Of a stretch of 64,000 nucleotides of DNA, positions 56,288 through 64,000 are shown one piece after another; the first letter of the stretch is position 1; each line of letters begins with the position of its first letter. Under the pieces are notes generated by a model. The model did no database searches, was not told the origin of the DNA, and worked only from the letters and a program-made list of their open reading frames with translations. The stretch covers positions 270,912-334,911 of the forward strand of contig CAYZYT010000001.1 in the NCBI GenBank assembly GCA_964482725.1. The letters are read 5' to 3'. The translations under genes were made by a program, and so were the position numbers. The DNA comes from an uncultured bacterium. Lineage in GTDB: Bacteria; Omnitrophota; Omnitrophia; Omnitrophales; Aquincolibacteriaceae.

Positions 56288-57208
56288 TTAGGAGTTCCCG
56301 GACGACTGTTGTGACTCGCGCAAAAAACTTATATTGCTCTTCCAACCCGGGATGGGTTTGCACCAAAGCTCCAGAAAAACTTTCTTGCCAAGGAATCGTT
56401 CGATATCGAGGCGCGCGGCCGTGCCGATCTGTTTGATCTTCTCGCCACCCTTGCCGATCACGATCGCCTTCTGGGAATCCCGCTCGACCACGATCGTGGC
56501 GTGAATGCGGGTGATCCGTTCTTCTTCATTGAATTCATCGATCCGCACCGCCCCGTCGTAGGGAAGTTCCTCGCCCAGGAAGTGATACAGTTTTTCGCGG
56601 ATCATTTCCTGGACATGAAAGCGGACATTCTGGTCGGAAAGCTGATCCTCGGGATAAATAAATTCGCCCTTCGGAAGGTATTCCAACGCCTGATGGATCA
56701 AAACCTTAACATTTTCTCCGGTCTTCGCGCTGATCGGAATAAACTCTTTAAATGCGAACGCTTTTTGATAAGAATCCAGGGCAAGCAAAAGGTCGTCCTT
56801 GGGAAAACGGTCGATCTGATTGACCAAAAGAAATACGGGAATAGAAACATCCTGGACCCATTTCAGGATCGCGCGTTCCGCGTCGCCCATGGCTTTGGGA
56901 TAGACCATCCAGAAAAGAAGGTCCGCGTCCGAAAGCGATTGATGGACATCGCGCACCATGCCCTCGCCCAGGGCATCTTTCGGCTGATGGACCCCCGGCG
57001 TATCCAGGAAAACGATCTGCCCGCGATAGGGACTTTGCACGACGGCGCCGTCCGGAACGGTCAGGATCCCGCGAACCACATCGCGCGTCGTCTGCGGTTT
57101 GGCGGAAGTCCCGGCTAATTTCTCGCCCACCAGATAATTCAGAAGCGTGGATTTCCCGACGTTCGGCCTTCCGATGATCGCCACATGTCCTACTTTAGTC
57201 TCAGGCAT
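56288..57208 (-). CDS. era: GTPase Era
   Basis: GRPNVGKST, PQTTR, DTPG, ISAKTG, EELPY, VIGKGG (KH). Confidence 0.95.
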   Translation of the reverse strand: MPETKVGHVAIIGRPNVGKSTLLNYLVGEKLAGTSAKPQTTRDVVRGILTVPDGAVVQSPYRGQIVFLDTPGVHQPKDALGEGMVRDVHQSLSDADLLFWMVYPKAMGDAERAILKWVQDVSIPVFLLVNQIDRFPKDDLLLALDSYQKAFAFKEFIPISAKTGENVKVLIHQALEYLPKGEFIYPEDQLSDQNVRFHVQEMIREKLYHFLGEELPYDGAVRIDEFNEEERITRIHATIVVERDSQKAIVIGKGGEKIKQIGTAARLDIERFLGKKVFLELWCKPIPGWKSNISFLRESQQSSGNS

Positions 57209-58415
57209 CCGTTTTGTCTCCCTGGGCTTCGGCGCTTGCTTTTTCTTTAGGCCTAAACGGTTCCACCAGAATCGCCCCAAGCTTGCCAAGTCCATGCGTC
57301 ACTTGCCCCGGCGTGCTCGCTGCGATCTTAACGGTTCCGGTGATACCCGCCTTGGTCTTCGAGAGCAAAGCCTTTTGGAGAGCTTTGGTGAAGGCGCTGT
57401 AAAATCGGAACTTGGGATCTTCGATATAACCATCTACTTTGATATTCAATTCCACAGCTTTCTGATCCTCGAGAAGAATTCGGATCGCGCTAAACGGATA
57501 TTTAAGAAGCTTCTGGGCCGCCGTCGGGGCCGCGAACGTCATCGACTTGAGCGTCAGTAAATGCTCCGACCGAAGGTCTCCTTCCACACACAGTAAATGG
57601 GACTTGATATCGTAGGTCCCGGTTTGCACTTCTCCGAGGATCGACGAAAGAAGGAAATCATATTCCGCCACGGAACCATCGGAAATTTGGATATTGACGT
57701 CAAAATTGTCTCCGTCCGCGAATTGACATTTTCCGCCCCCGGTGAAACGAGCAGGAGGATTCATTCCGAACGTGGCATCCACATAGATCGTTTCTGTAAA
57801 AGTCGGGCTGGTATAATCCGAAAGGAAATCAAAGCCAGTCCAATACCCCTTGATATGCTCAAAGATCCAGCGCCGTTCTTCGACATCGCGTCGGTCATCA
57901 AAAATGAGCGACCCTTTTTCAAGTTCCAAACGATCGATCCGAACACGCCACGAATCCTCGCCGACATTGTCCGGATGAGGCATCGCCCGCGGCGGGAGCG
58001 GCGGCCCGTCCACATCAAGCCCCATGTTGTGATACCAATGCGTCACATTGGTCCGCGACCCCTCAGGCGTCATGTAGCTCTCGATCGCGAATACGACTTC
58101 TTTAAAATGAGCTTTTCGGATCCGGATGAATTTGTTCTTAAGCACCCTGAGGTCCAGCTCGCACTCGATCCCTTTGCAGGTAAAATGGTCGCGCCTTTTG
58201 AACCCCGGGGGATTGAGGATCTCCAGCTTTCCAACACTCACGCGAGAAAAAAACGGGGAAATGCGCATCCCTTCGATGTGGACCGGCATGTCAAAAACCC
58301 GGGTCATCACTTTTTCTAAAAAGGGCTCAGCCGCCATCCCCAGGAGCCGGGCATGCACCATCCCAAGGATCCCCAGCCCGATCAAAATGAAAAAAAGAGG
58401 TCTTAACTTCTTCAT
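57201..58415 (-). CDS. AsmA/DUF748-like envelope protein
   Basis: N-terminal TM, ILNPPGF, C-terminal VDGYIEDPKF. Confidence 0.65.
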   Translation of the reverse strand: MKKLRPLFFILIGLGILGMVHARLLGMAAEPFLEKVMTRVFDMPVHIEGMRISPFFSRVSVGKLEILNPPGFKRRDHFTCKGIECELDLRVLKNKFIRIRKAHFKEVVFAIESYMTPEGSRTNVTHWYHNMGLDVDGPPLPPRAMPHPDNVGEDSWRVRIDRLELEKGSLIFDDRRDVEERRWIFEHIKGYWTGFDFLSDYTSPTFTETIYVDATFGMNPPARFTGGGKCQFADGDNFDVNIQISDGSVAEYDFLLSSILGEVQTGTYDIKSHLLCVEGDLRSEHLLTLKSMTFAAPTAAQKLLKYPFSAIRILLEDQKAVELNIKVDGYIEDPKFRFYSAFTKALQKALLSKTKAGITGTVKIAASTPGQVTHGLGKLGAILVEPFRPKEKASAEAQGDKTDA

Positions 58416-59428
58416 CGAGGATTCAACCCTTTCCGGAAGATCTCTTCTTGATTATAAATTTCTTTCAGGCGCACGATATCCTCCGGGCTCAACTCCGGCC
58501 GCGAAGAGGCCTCTCCATTCTGCATCACCTGCGCCCGGGTCTTCGCTCCGGCGATCACTGTCGAAACGGCCCCGAACGCAAGTGTGAATTCCAACGCCGC
58601 CTTCGCAAGGGGGGCGGTCCCGGAGCCCAGTGTTTTTTGGATCCACTGGATCTTTTGCCAATCGGCTTCCCTCTTTTCAGGGACCCAGCGACGGCGATGA
58701 TCATCTTTGGGAAACTCATGCGAGGGGGCATAATTTCCGCTCAAAAGTCCCGACGCCAGCGCTTCCCGGACGATCACCCCAACCTCTTTTTTCTCTGCTT
58801 CCGGAAGGACCTTCTCAGCCATGCGTTGATCCAATAAGTTGAAGATGATCTGGATCGCCTGGATCCGCGGGTCTTCGAGGGCCGCCAAAGCCTCCGCCTC
58901 CGTATGAACCGAGATCCCGATGAAACGGATCTTCCCTTCCTTCCGCAACCCTTCCAGGACGCTTACAAGATCCCCTTTTCGGATCAACTCGAGCGAAGGA
59001 TTATGAAGCTGAAAAAGATCGATCACATCCGTCCTGAGACGTTTGAGGCTTTGTTCGCACGCGAAGCGAATATACCCGGTATCAAAATTTTTCCTGTGCC
59101 CGGCGTGATTGAGCTTTTCAGGCGATCCTTGTAAAAGAGAAGCGGGTTTTTGGGACGACGCGTAAAAATCCCAGCCGCACTTTGTGGCCAAGGTCAAGCG
59201 GTCCCGGGGTCTGTCTTTCAGGAATTTCCCAAGAAGTGCTTCACTGTGCCCTTCTCCGTAGGTATCCGCCGTATCAAAAAAATTGACCCCGAAATCCCAG
59301 GCCGCCGCCAAAGCTTCGAGAGAATCTTTGTCGCGAACAGGACCGTAGGCGTTGCCTCCGATAGCCCAACAGCCGAAACCGATCTCGGAAACACGCAACC
59401 CGGTTTTCCCAAAACGGCGCTCTTTCAT
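58412..59428 (-). CDS. Aldo/keto reductase
   Basis: GFGCW, FDTADTYG, SLKRLRTD.IDL.QLH, GKIRFIGIS. Confidence 0.92.
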   Translation of the reverse strand: MKERRFGKTGLRVSEIGFGCWAIGGNAYGPVRDKDSLEALAAAWDFGVNFFDTADTYGEGHSEALLGKFLKDRPRDRLTLATKCGWDFYASSQKPASLLQGSPEKLNHAGHRKNFDTGYIRFACEQSLKRLRTDVIDLFQLHNPSLELIRKGDLVSVLEGLRKEGKIRFIGISVHTEAEALAALEDPRIQAIQIIFNLLDQRMAEKVLPEAEKKEVGVIVREALASGLLSGNYAPSHEFPKDDHRRRWVPEKREADWQKIQWIQKTLGSGTAPLAKAALEFTLAFGAVSTVIAGAKTRAQVMQNGEASSRPELSPEDIVRLKEIYNQEEIFRKGLNPR

Positions 59429-59467
59429 AGGGGCCCCAAAGGCTCCCATCCCGGGAACTTAGAAGAG

Positions 59468-59553
59468 GGCGTCATGATTCTCTCGGATCAAAATGCCGCG
59501 TCATCATGACAGCCCAAGTCGCCTTTATGAAAAGAGAGTAAAAACTTGGGCGG
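59468..59553 (+). repeat. Two-hairpin dispersed element, copy E
   Basis: GTCATGAT-N24-ATCATGAC-A-GCCCAAGT-N24-ACTTGGGC; loops resemble copies B/D (TTCTC..ATCAAAA; CCTT...AAAAGAGAG). Confidence 0.62.
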
Positions 59554-59566
59554 GATGATCGAACAT

Positions 59567-59896
59567 TTACTTGGGGAAAAGTTCGTCAATGGCTTTTTGG
59601 ATCTTATCCTGGGCCTGATAACCGACGAGCTGTTTTGCGACTTCTCCGTCCTTGAAGAAAATGACCGTGGGAATCCCCTGAACTCCGTATTTCTGAGGCG
59701 TGTTCGGATTCTCATCGACATTCATCTTTCCGACGACGAGACGGCCGGTGTTGGCTACCGCGATCTTTTCGATCACAGGCCCGAGCATCCGGCAGGGCCC
59801 GCACCACTCGGCCCAAAAATCGACCAGGACAGGTTGTTGGGATTGAAGCACTTCAGTCTGAAAATTAGAATCGGTAAGGGTTTTTTCCTTGCTCAT
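59567..59896 (-). CDS. trxA: Thioredoxin
   Basis: WAEWCGPC, IPT. Confidence 0.96.
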   Translation of the reverse strand: MSKEKTLTDSNFQTEVLQSQQPVLVDFWAEWCGPCRMLGPVIEKIAVANTGRLVVGKMNVDENPNTPQKYGVQGIPTVIFFKDGEVAKQLVGYQAQDKIQKAIDELFPK

Positions 59897-59943
59897 GGAA
59901 CAGCTCCTTATGGAAGATAGCGGTGACAGTCTTGTCGCAACGG

Positions 59944-60038
59944 AGCCGTCCCAATACGTATCCTCCCGCCGCTACAAAGGCGGGACGGGGCGGCACTCAT
60001 GACCCGTTATTTAAAAAATTAACGAGAATTAAGTGCCG
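59944..60038 (+). repeat. Two-hairpin dispersed element, copy F
   Basis: GTCCCAATACGTATC-[TCCCGCC..GGCGGGA]-GGGGC then CGGCACT...AGTGCCG with an A-rich loop. Confidence 0.68.
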
Positions 60039-60099
60039 TAATATACACCGAACACGAGTTTCTGTCCACAGGGGCCCAAGGACCTTTTTAAGGCGAGAA

Positions 60100-60471
60100 C
60101 TACTCGGGGCCGAGGATCTCCTCAATGGCCTGGAAAACCTGATCCACGAATGGTTTTCGGATCACCTTCACGGCGCCGGCCTTCCGCGCAAACGCCTCAA
60201 GTTGCGTCTCCTGCGAAGCGGTAAAGAGGACCACCGGAATAGGTTCGGTCTCTTTTGTCGCCTTGAGGCGACGGCAGATCTCGAAGCCGTCCATGCCCGG
60301 CATCACAATGTCCAGCAAAACAAGATCCGGACGCCACGTGCTCGCTTTTTCAAGGGCGCTGACACCTTCCGTTGCGATCTCAACCTTAAACCCCCGCGAC
60401 TCGACACGTTTCTTCAAAAGCGTCACCACCACGGGCTCATCATCCACGATCAAAATCTTTTTAACGGTCAT
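60100..60471 (-). CDS. Single-domain response regulator
   Basis: ILIVDD, LDIVMP, TA, KPF. Confidence 0.92.
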   Translation of the reverse strand: MTVKKILIVDDEPVVVTLLKKRVESRGFKVEIATEGVSALEKASTWRPDLVLLDIVMPGMDGFEICRRLKATKETEPIPVVLFTASQETQLEAFARKAGAVKVIRKPFVDQVFQAIEEILGPE

Positions 60472-62258
60472 GCTTCTTCCCTCTGGGTGGGAGTTTCTTC
60501 GTTAACGTCTTTTTCAACACAAACCCTGTTCCGGCCCTCGGTCTTCGCGCGATAGAGGGCTTCATCCGAGCGAAGGACCATCAGATCGGGGACTGTTTCT
60601 CCGGGCCTCAAAGTCGCCGCCCCGATGCTCACCGTCAGTGAGATCTTGACGCCTTCATAGCTAAAAGAGTTCTGTTCGAGCTGCCGGCGGATCTTTTCCG
60701 CATGGTTAAATGCCGCATCGATCAGATGACATTTCTTAAACATCACGATGAACTCTTCACCGCCGTAACGTCCCACGGCCGTCATCTCTCCCCCGCCCTC
60801 TTCCGTCTGGGTCATAAGCCGGAGATTCTCGGCAACATATTTAAGGGCTACGTCCCCGGCCACGTGGCCGTATTTATCGTTGATCTTTTTAAAGAAATCC
60901 AGATCCAGAAGAATAATCGAAAGGGGTTGCTGTTTTTTATGAGCTTCCACGACCGCATCGTTAAGCAGGGTCCGGAAATGGCGGATGACATAAAGCCCGG
61001 TCAGACCATCGCGTGTCGCCAAAGTGAAAAGACGCGCCTGCTCGCGCTTGCCGATCGTGATCGAAAAAACCGCCGAAAAAACGAAAAGCGAGAAGATCAT
61101 AAGGATCGGATTGACCACATAGATCCACATCCCTCGATCCACAAAAAGCCAGAAGGCGAAAAAAAACCATAAAAATCCGAATCCCAAACCCACCACGAGA
61201 GAAAGGACCTGCCTCGAGAAAAGGAAGAAAAAAGAAAGCACGAGTCCGATCACCAAAAGCGCGATCCTGTTCCACCGTGGGGCGACGGGCCGCGCGAACT
61301 GTTTCATAAGAATGCTGTTCATAATATTGGTCTGCACCCCGACCGCCGGGTAGGTTTCTTCCATCGGATTCGACTTGATATCCGTAAGCCCAAGGGCTGT
61401 AAGACCGATCACGCAGATCTTGCCTTTGACCTTGTCCGGAGTGATGACCGGTGTCCGCCCTTCACGAATCGCTGCATAGCTTTTGATCACATCCAAAAAA
61501 GAATAATGCTGGAAAGAATCCTTCCATCTTCCCGCCCAATTGATAAAGAACCTTCCTTCCTGGTCCGTGGGAATGGAGAGCTTCGCCTTCATGATGTCCT
61601 TACCAAGATAATCAAACGCCACTTTAGCGCCGAGATAAGGATAAGTCTCTCCGTTATAGGAAAGCAGGGGCATCACCCGGCGGATCGTTCCGTCCCGATC
61701 CGGAAAAATGTTCACATGCCCGATCCCTTTTGCAAAGCGTTCGAACTCAGGCATCGCATGGATCCAAGAACTCTTCCCGCTCTGAGACTCCAACATCACC
61801 GGTAAATAAACATTTCCAGCCTCCTCAATGGCTTGGCTAAAAGCCTCATCATCAAAGGTCGTGCTGGACTCACTAAAGATCACGTCGAAAACGATCTCCT
61901 TGGCACCCCATTCATGAAGAATATGCACCAAGGCAGCATGATTGTACCTTGGCCAGGGCCAGCGGCCGAACACCTGGAGGCTATCCTCCGCCATATCGAT
62001 ATGAACGATCGCCGGATGCATCGCGACCGGAGGCCTTTGCCGGAAGAAGAAGTCGATAAAAACGTTCTCGAAGCGATCCATGAGAGGCGTATTCATCACA
62101 AGCAGGTGGAAGAGAATAATCACAAGACAGCAGCTGAAGTGGGTCAGATGTAAGCGGAAGGTCGTGCTGAGATAAAAAGCCACCTGGCGCTGTTTACGCC
62201 TGAAAAAGCTGTCGGGGGTCTGCACCAGCCCGGCCGGTGGATTCTTTAAAGGGGTCAT
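60468..62258 (-). CDS. CHASE2-domain diguanylate cyclase
   Basis: GRWPWPR, three TMs, DGLTGL, DLDFFKKIND.YGH..GD, RYGGEEF; start uncertain (62258 chosen). Confidence 0.9.
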   Translation of the reverse strand: MTPLKNPPAGLVQTPDSFFRRKQRQVAFYLSTTFRLHLTHFSCCLVIILFHLLVMNTPLMDRFENVFIDFFFRQRPPVAMHPAIVHIDMAEDSLQVFGRWPWPRYNHAALVHILHEWGAKEIVFDVIFSESSTTFDDEAFSQAIEEAGNVYLPVMLESQSGKSSWIHAMPEFERFAKGIGHVNIFPDRDGTIRRVMPLLSYNGETYPYLGAKVAFDYLGKDIMKAKLSIPTDQEGRFFINWAGRWKDSFQHYSFLDVIKSYAAIREGRTPVITPDKVKGKICVIGLTALGLTDIKSNPMEETYPAVGVQTNIMNSILMKQFARPVAPRWNRIALLVIGLVLSFFFLFSRQVLSLVVGLGFGFLWFFFAFWLFVDRGMWIYVVNPILMIFSLFVFSAVFSITIGKREQARLFTLATRDGLTGLYVIRHFRTLLNDAVVEAHKKQQPLSIILLDLDFFKKINDKYGHVAGDVALKYVAENLRLMTQTEEGGGEMTAVGRYGGEEFIVMFKKCHLIDAAFNHAEKIRRQLEQNSFSYEGVKISLTVSIGAATLRPGETVPDLMVLRSDEALYRAKTEGRNRVCVEKDVNEETPTQREEA

Positions 62259-62291
62259 AGTGTTCTTCTCAGGTCCTGTTTGAAAGCTCTT

Positions 62292-62376
62292 CTCTACTGC
62301 GTTACTATTAATTCTACGGGCTCGCAGCACAGCCCCCATTTCCGCGGCGCCAAACTTGACGCGTATTGGGACTGTA
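62292..62376 (-). repeat. Two-hairpin dispersed element, copy G
   Basis: Minus strand GTCCCAAT-N25-ATGGGGG-CTGTGCTGCG-N21-CGCAGTAGAG. Confidence 0.68.
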
Positions 62377-62450
62377 CCGTTAACCCACCCCTACAATTGA
62401 ATAGAGAACGTTACTGTACAGTTTCGGAATCCCTCGAGGGAAACTTTAAG

Positions 62451-62537
62451 CCTATCCTTGTCTAAAATTGAATCGCTAAAAAGGCTGACAAGGCTCGCCC
62501 CATTTCCCGTTTCTCTTCAAGGGGTAAGGCCGGGGAC
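62451..62537 (-). repeat. Two-hairpin dispersed element, copy H (degenerate)
   Basis: Minus strand GTCCCC...AATGGGGCGAG-CCTTGTC-N24-GACAAGG; stem 2 as in copy A. Confidence 0.55.
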
Positions 62538-63205
62538 TATTTCCCGGATCTTTTCAGCATGACTTTACCCGCCGAAGGACACAGCCCCCGGATCTCACAG
62601 GATCTACAATCCGCCCGGCGGGAAAAACAACGCCTACGGCCATGCTGGATGATGAGATGCGAATAGCGCGTCCAATCCTTTGGGGGCACTAACCCCGTGA
62701 GATCGTATTCGATCTTCGCGGGATCGGTGTGGCGCGTTAACCCCAACAAACGATTGATGCGGATCATGTGCGTGTCCACCGCGAGACCCGGGATGCCAAA
62801 CGCATTTCCCAAGACAACATGGGCCGTCTTCCGGCCCACGCCCGGGAGCGTGATGAGATCTTCCATGCGCGCCGGAACTTTTCCCCCGAATTTTTCAACA
62901 ACCGCTTTTGCCGCCCCCAGAATATTCTTCGCCTTATTTCTAAAAAAACCCGTACTGCGAACGATCGCCTCGATCTCGCCGGCATCCGCAACCGCAAAGG
63001 CATGCACGCCCTGATATTTTTTAAAAAGAGCCGGGGTAACTTGGTTCACGAGCCTGTCTGTGCATTGGGCGGAAAGAACGGTCGCCACCAAAAGCTCCCA
63101 TGGGGTTGAATAATGAAGGGCGCAACGGGCATCCGGATAGGCTCTGCGCAGTCTGCGAATAATGGCTTGCACACGTTTCGTTTTGATTTGAAGTGTTTCT
63201 CTCAT
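62537..63205 (-). CDS. nth: Endonuclease III
   Basis: LSAQCTD, LPGVGRKTA, VDTH, C-x6-C-x2-C-x5-C. Confidence 0.95.
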   Translation of the reverse strand: MRETLQIKTKRVQAIIRRLRRAYPDARCALHYSTPWELLVATVLSAQCTDRLVNQVTPALFKKYQGVHAFAVADAGEIEAIVRSTGFFRNKAKNILGAAKAVVEKFGGKVPARMEDLITLPGVGRKTAHVVLGNAFGIPGLAVDTHMIRINRLLGLTRHTDPAKIEYDLTGLVPPKDWTRYSHLIIQHGRRRCFSRRADCRSCEIRGLCPSAGKVMLKRSGK

Positions 63206-63210
63206 AAGGA

Positions 63211-63287
63211 ATCGTAGATCGTATGTCGTATGTAGCATGTCGCAGATTGAACACATCGTTTGACGACATACGACATACTACATACGC
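63211..63287. repeat. Inverted heptamer-repeat hairpin (TCGTATG / CATACGA)
   Basis: tcgtaga-tcgtatg-tcgtatg-tagcatg ... gacatac-gacatac-tacatac. Confidence 0.78.
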
Positions 63288-63358
63288 ACCCCGACGTTGT
63301 CATCCGCATTGTCCTTCACTTCTATTTCCAGTATACTTCGCCTCTAGGGAGAATTTTT

Positions 63359-64000
63359 ATGGCAAAAATGAAGGCGGTTGTTTTTAAAAGACACGGGTCC
63401 ACGGCGGAACTGGAAGAGACCTATGTGCCGATCCCGGAACTCGGGAAAAAAGATGTCCTGGTCAAAGTGAAGGCCTGCGCGCTGAACCATTTGGATCTTT
63501 GGGTGCTCGCGGGCATGCCCGGCGTCAAGGTCAGCATGCCGCATATTCTCGGCAGCGATATTGCGGGCGAGGTCGTCGAAAAGGGAAAGAAAGCTCACGG
63601 CATCCCCCTTCATAAACCCGTGATCGTTGCCCCCGGGATTTCCTGCGGGAAATGCGCTTACTGCAAATCAGGCTGGGACAGCCTTTGCGCCAAGTATGAG
63701 ATCATCGGATTTCAGAATAACGGGGGTTACGCGGAATACGTTAAAGTCCCTGCCCGGAACATTATCCCCGTCATCGGAAATCTCGGCATGGAATCCTGGG
63801 CCGCCGTACCGCTTGTATTCCTGACGGCGTGGCACATCCTCGTAACACGGGCTGCGCTTCAGAGAAAAGAAACGGTGCTCATCCAGGCCGGCGGAAGCGG
63901 GATCGGCAGCGCGGCGATCCAGATCTCGAAACTCCTGGGGGCCCGGGTGATCACCACGGTGGGAAGCGAAGAAAAAGTCAAACGCGCCAAGGCGCTCGGC
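63359..64000 (+). CDS. Zinc-binding MDR-family dehydrogenase, partial (runs off window)
   Basis: Manual translation MAKMKAVVFK...ALNHLD...HILGSDIAG...CGKCAYC.......C...AGGSGIG. Confidence 0.88.
   Translation, partial: MAKMKAVVFKRHGSTAELEETYVPIPELGKKDVLVKVKACALNHLDLWVLAGMPGVKVSMPHILGSDIAGEVVEKGKKAHGIPLHKPVIVAPGISCGKCAYCKSGWDSLCAKYEIIGFQNNGGYAEYVKVPARNIIPVIGNLGMESWAAVPLVFLTAWHILVTRAALQRKETVLIQAGGSGIGSAAIQISKLLGARVITTVGSEEKVKRAKALG

Noticed and set aside
59091-59170. Long loop in the aldo/keto reductase (and short one in Era at about 57020-57060) as further element insertions
   Set aside because: No matching stems or spacing; these loops are naturally variable
59925-60006. SAM-IV-like riboswitch upstream of trxA (minus strand GGTCATGAGTGCC)
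   Set aside because: Downstream core (GGCAACC, GGTGC) is absent and the gene context is wrong; better explained as element copy F on the other strand

Overview
A 64-kb bacterial chromosomal window. The gene content and style (giant Asp/Gly-rich autotransporter, AsmA-like proteins, CHASE2 signalling, minor type IV pilins) suggest Candidatus Omnitrophota or another PVC-superphylum lineage; this is inference only. It holds mostly housekeeping genes (trpB2, queD, efp/efpL, ispH, htpX, pfkA, prfC, zupT, era, trxA, nth) and signalling genes. Accessory features include a CHASE2-cyclase/FecR/OM-barrel module, four tandem two-receiver-domain regulators, two YhcG/DUF1016 nucleases and a 2.3-kb TA/YhcG islet bounded by a 135-bp direct repeat. 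The most striking signal is a dispersed ~85-95-nt two-hairpin element, found by eye in about 8 copies, whose sequence has diverged while its stems are kept by compensatory substitutions. Two copies sit in frame, in the same reading frame, inside queD and pfkA, adding homologous ~28-aa peptides to unrelated enzymes. Several other REP-like palindrome families are present. All alignments were done by eye and no database searches were run.
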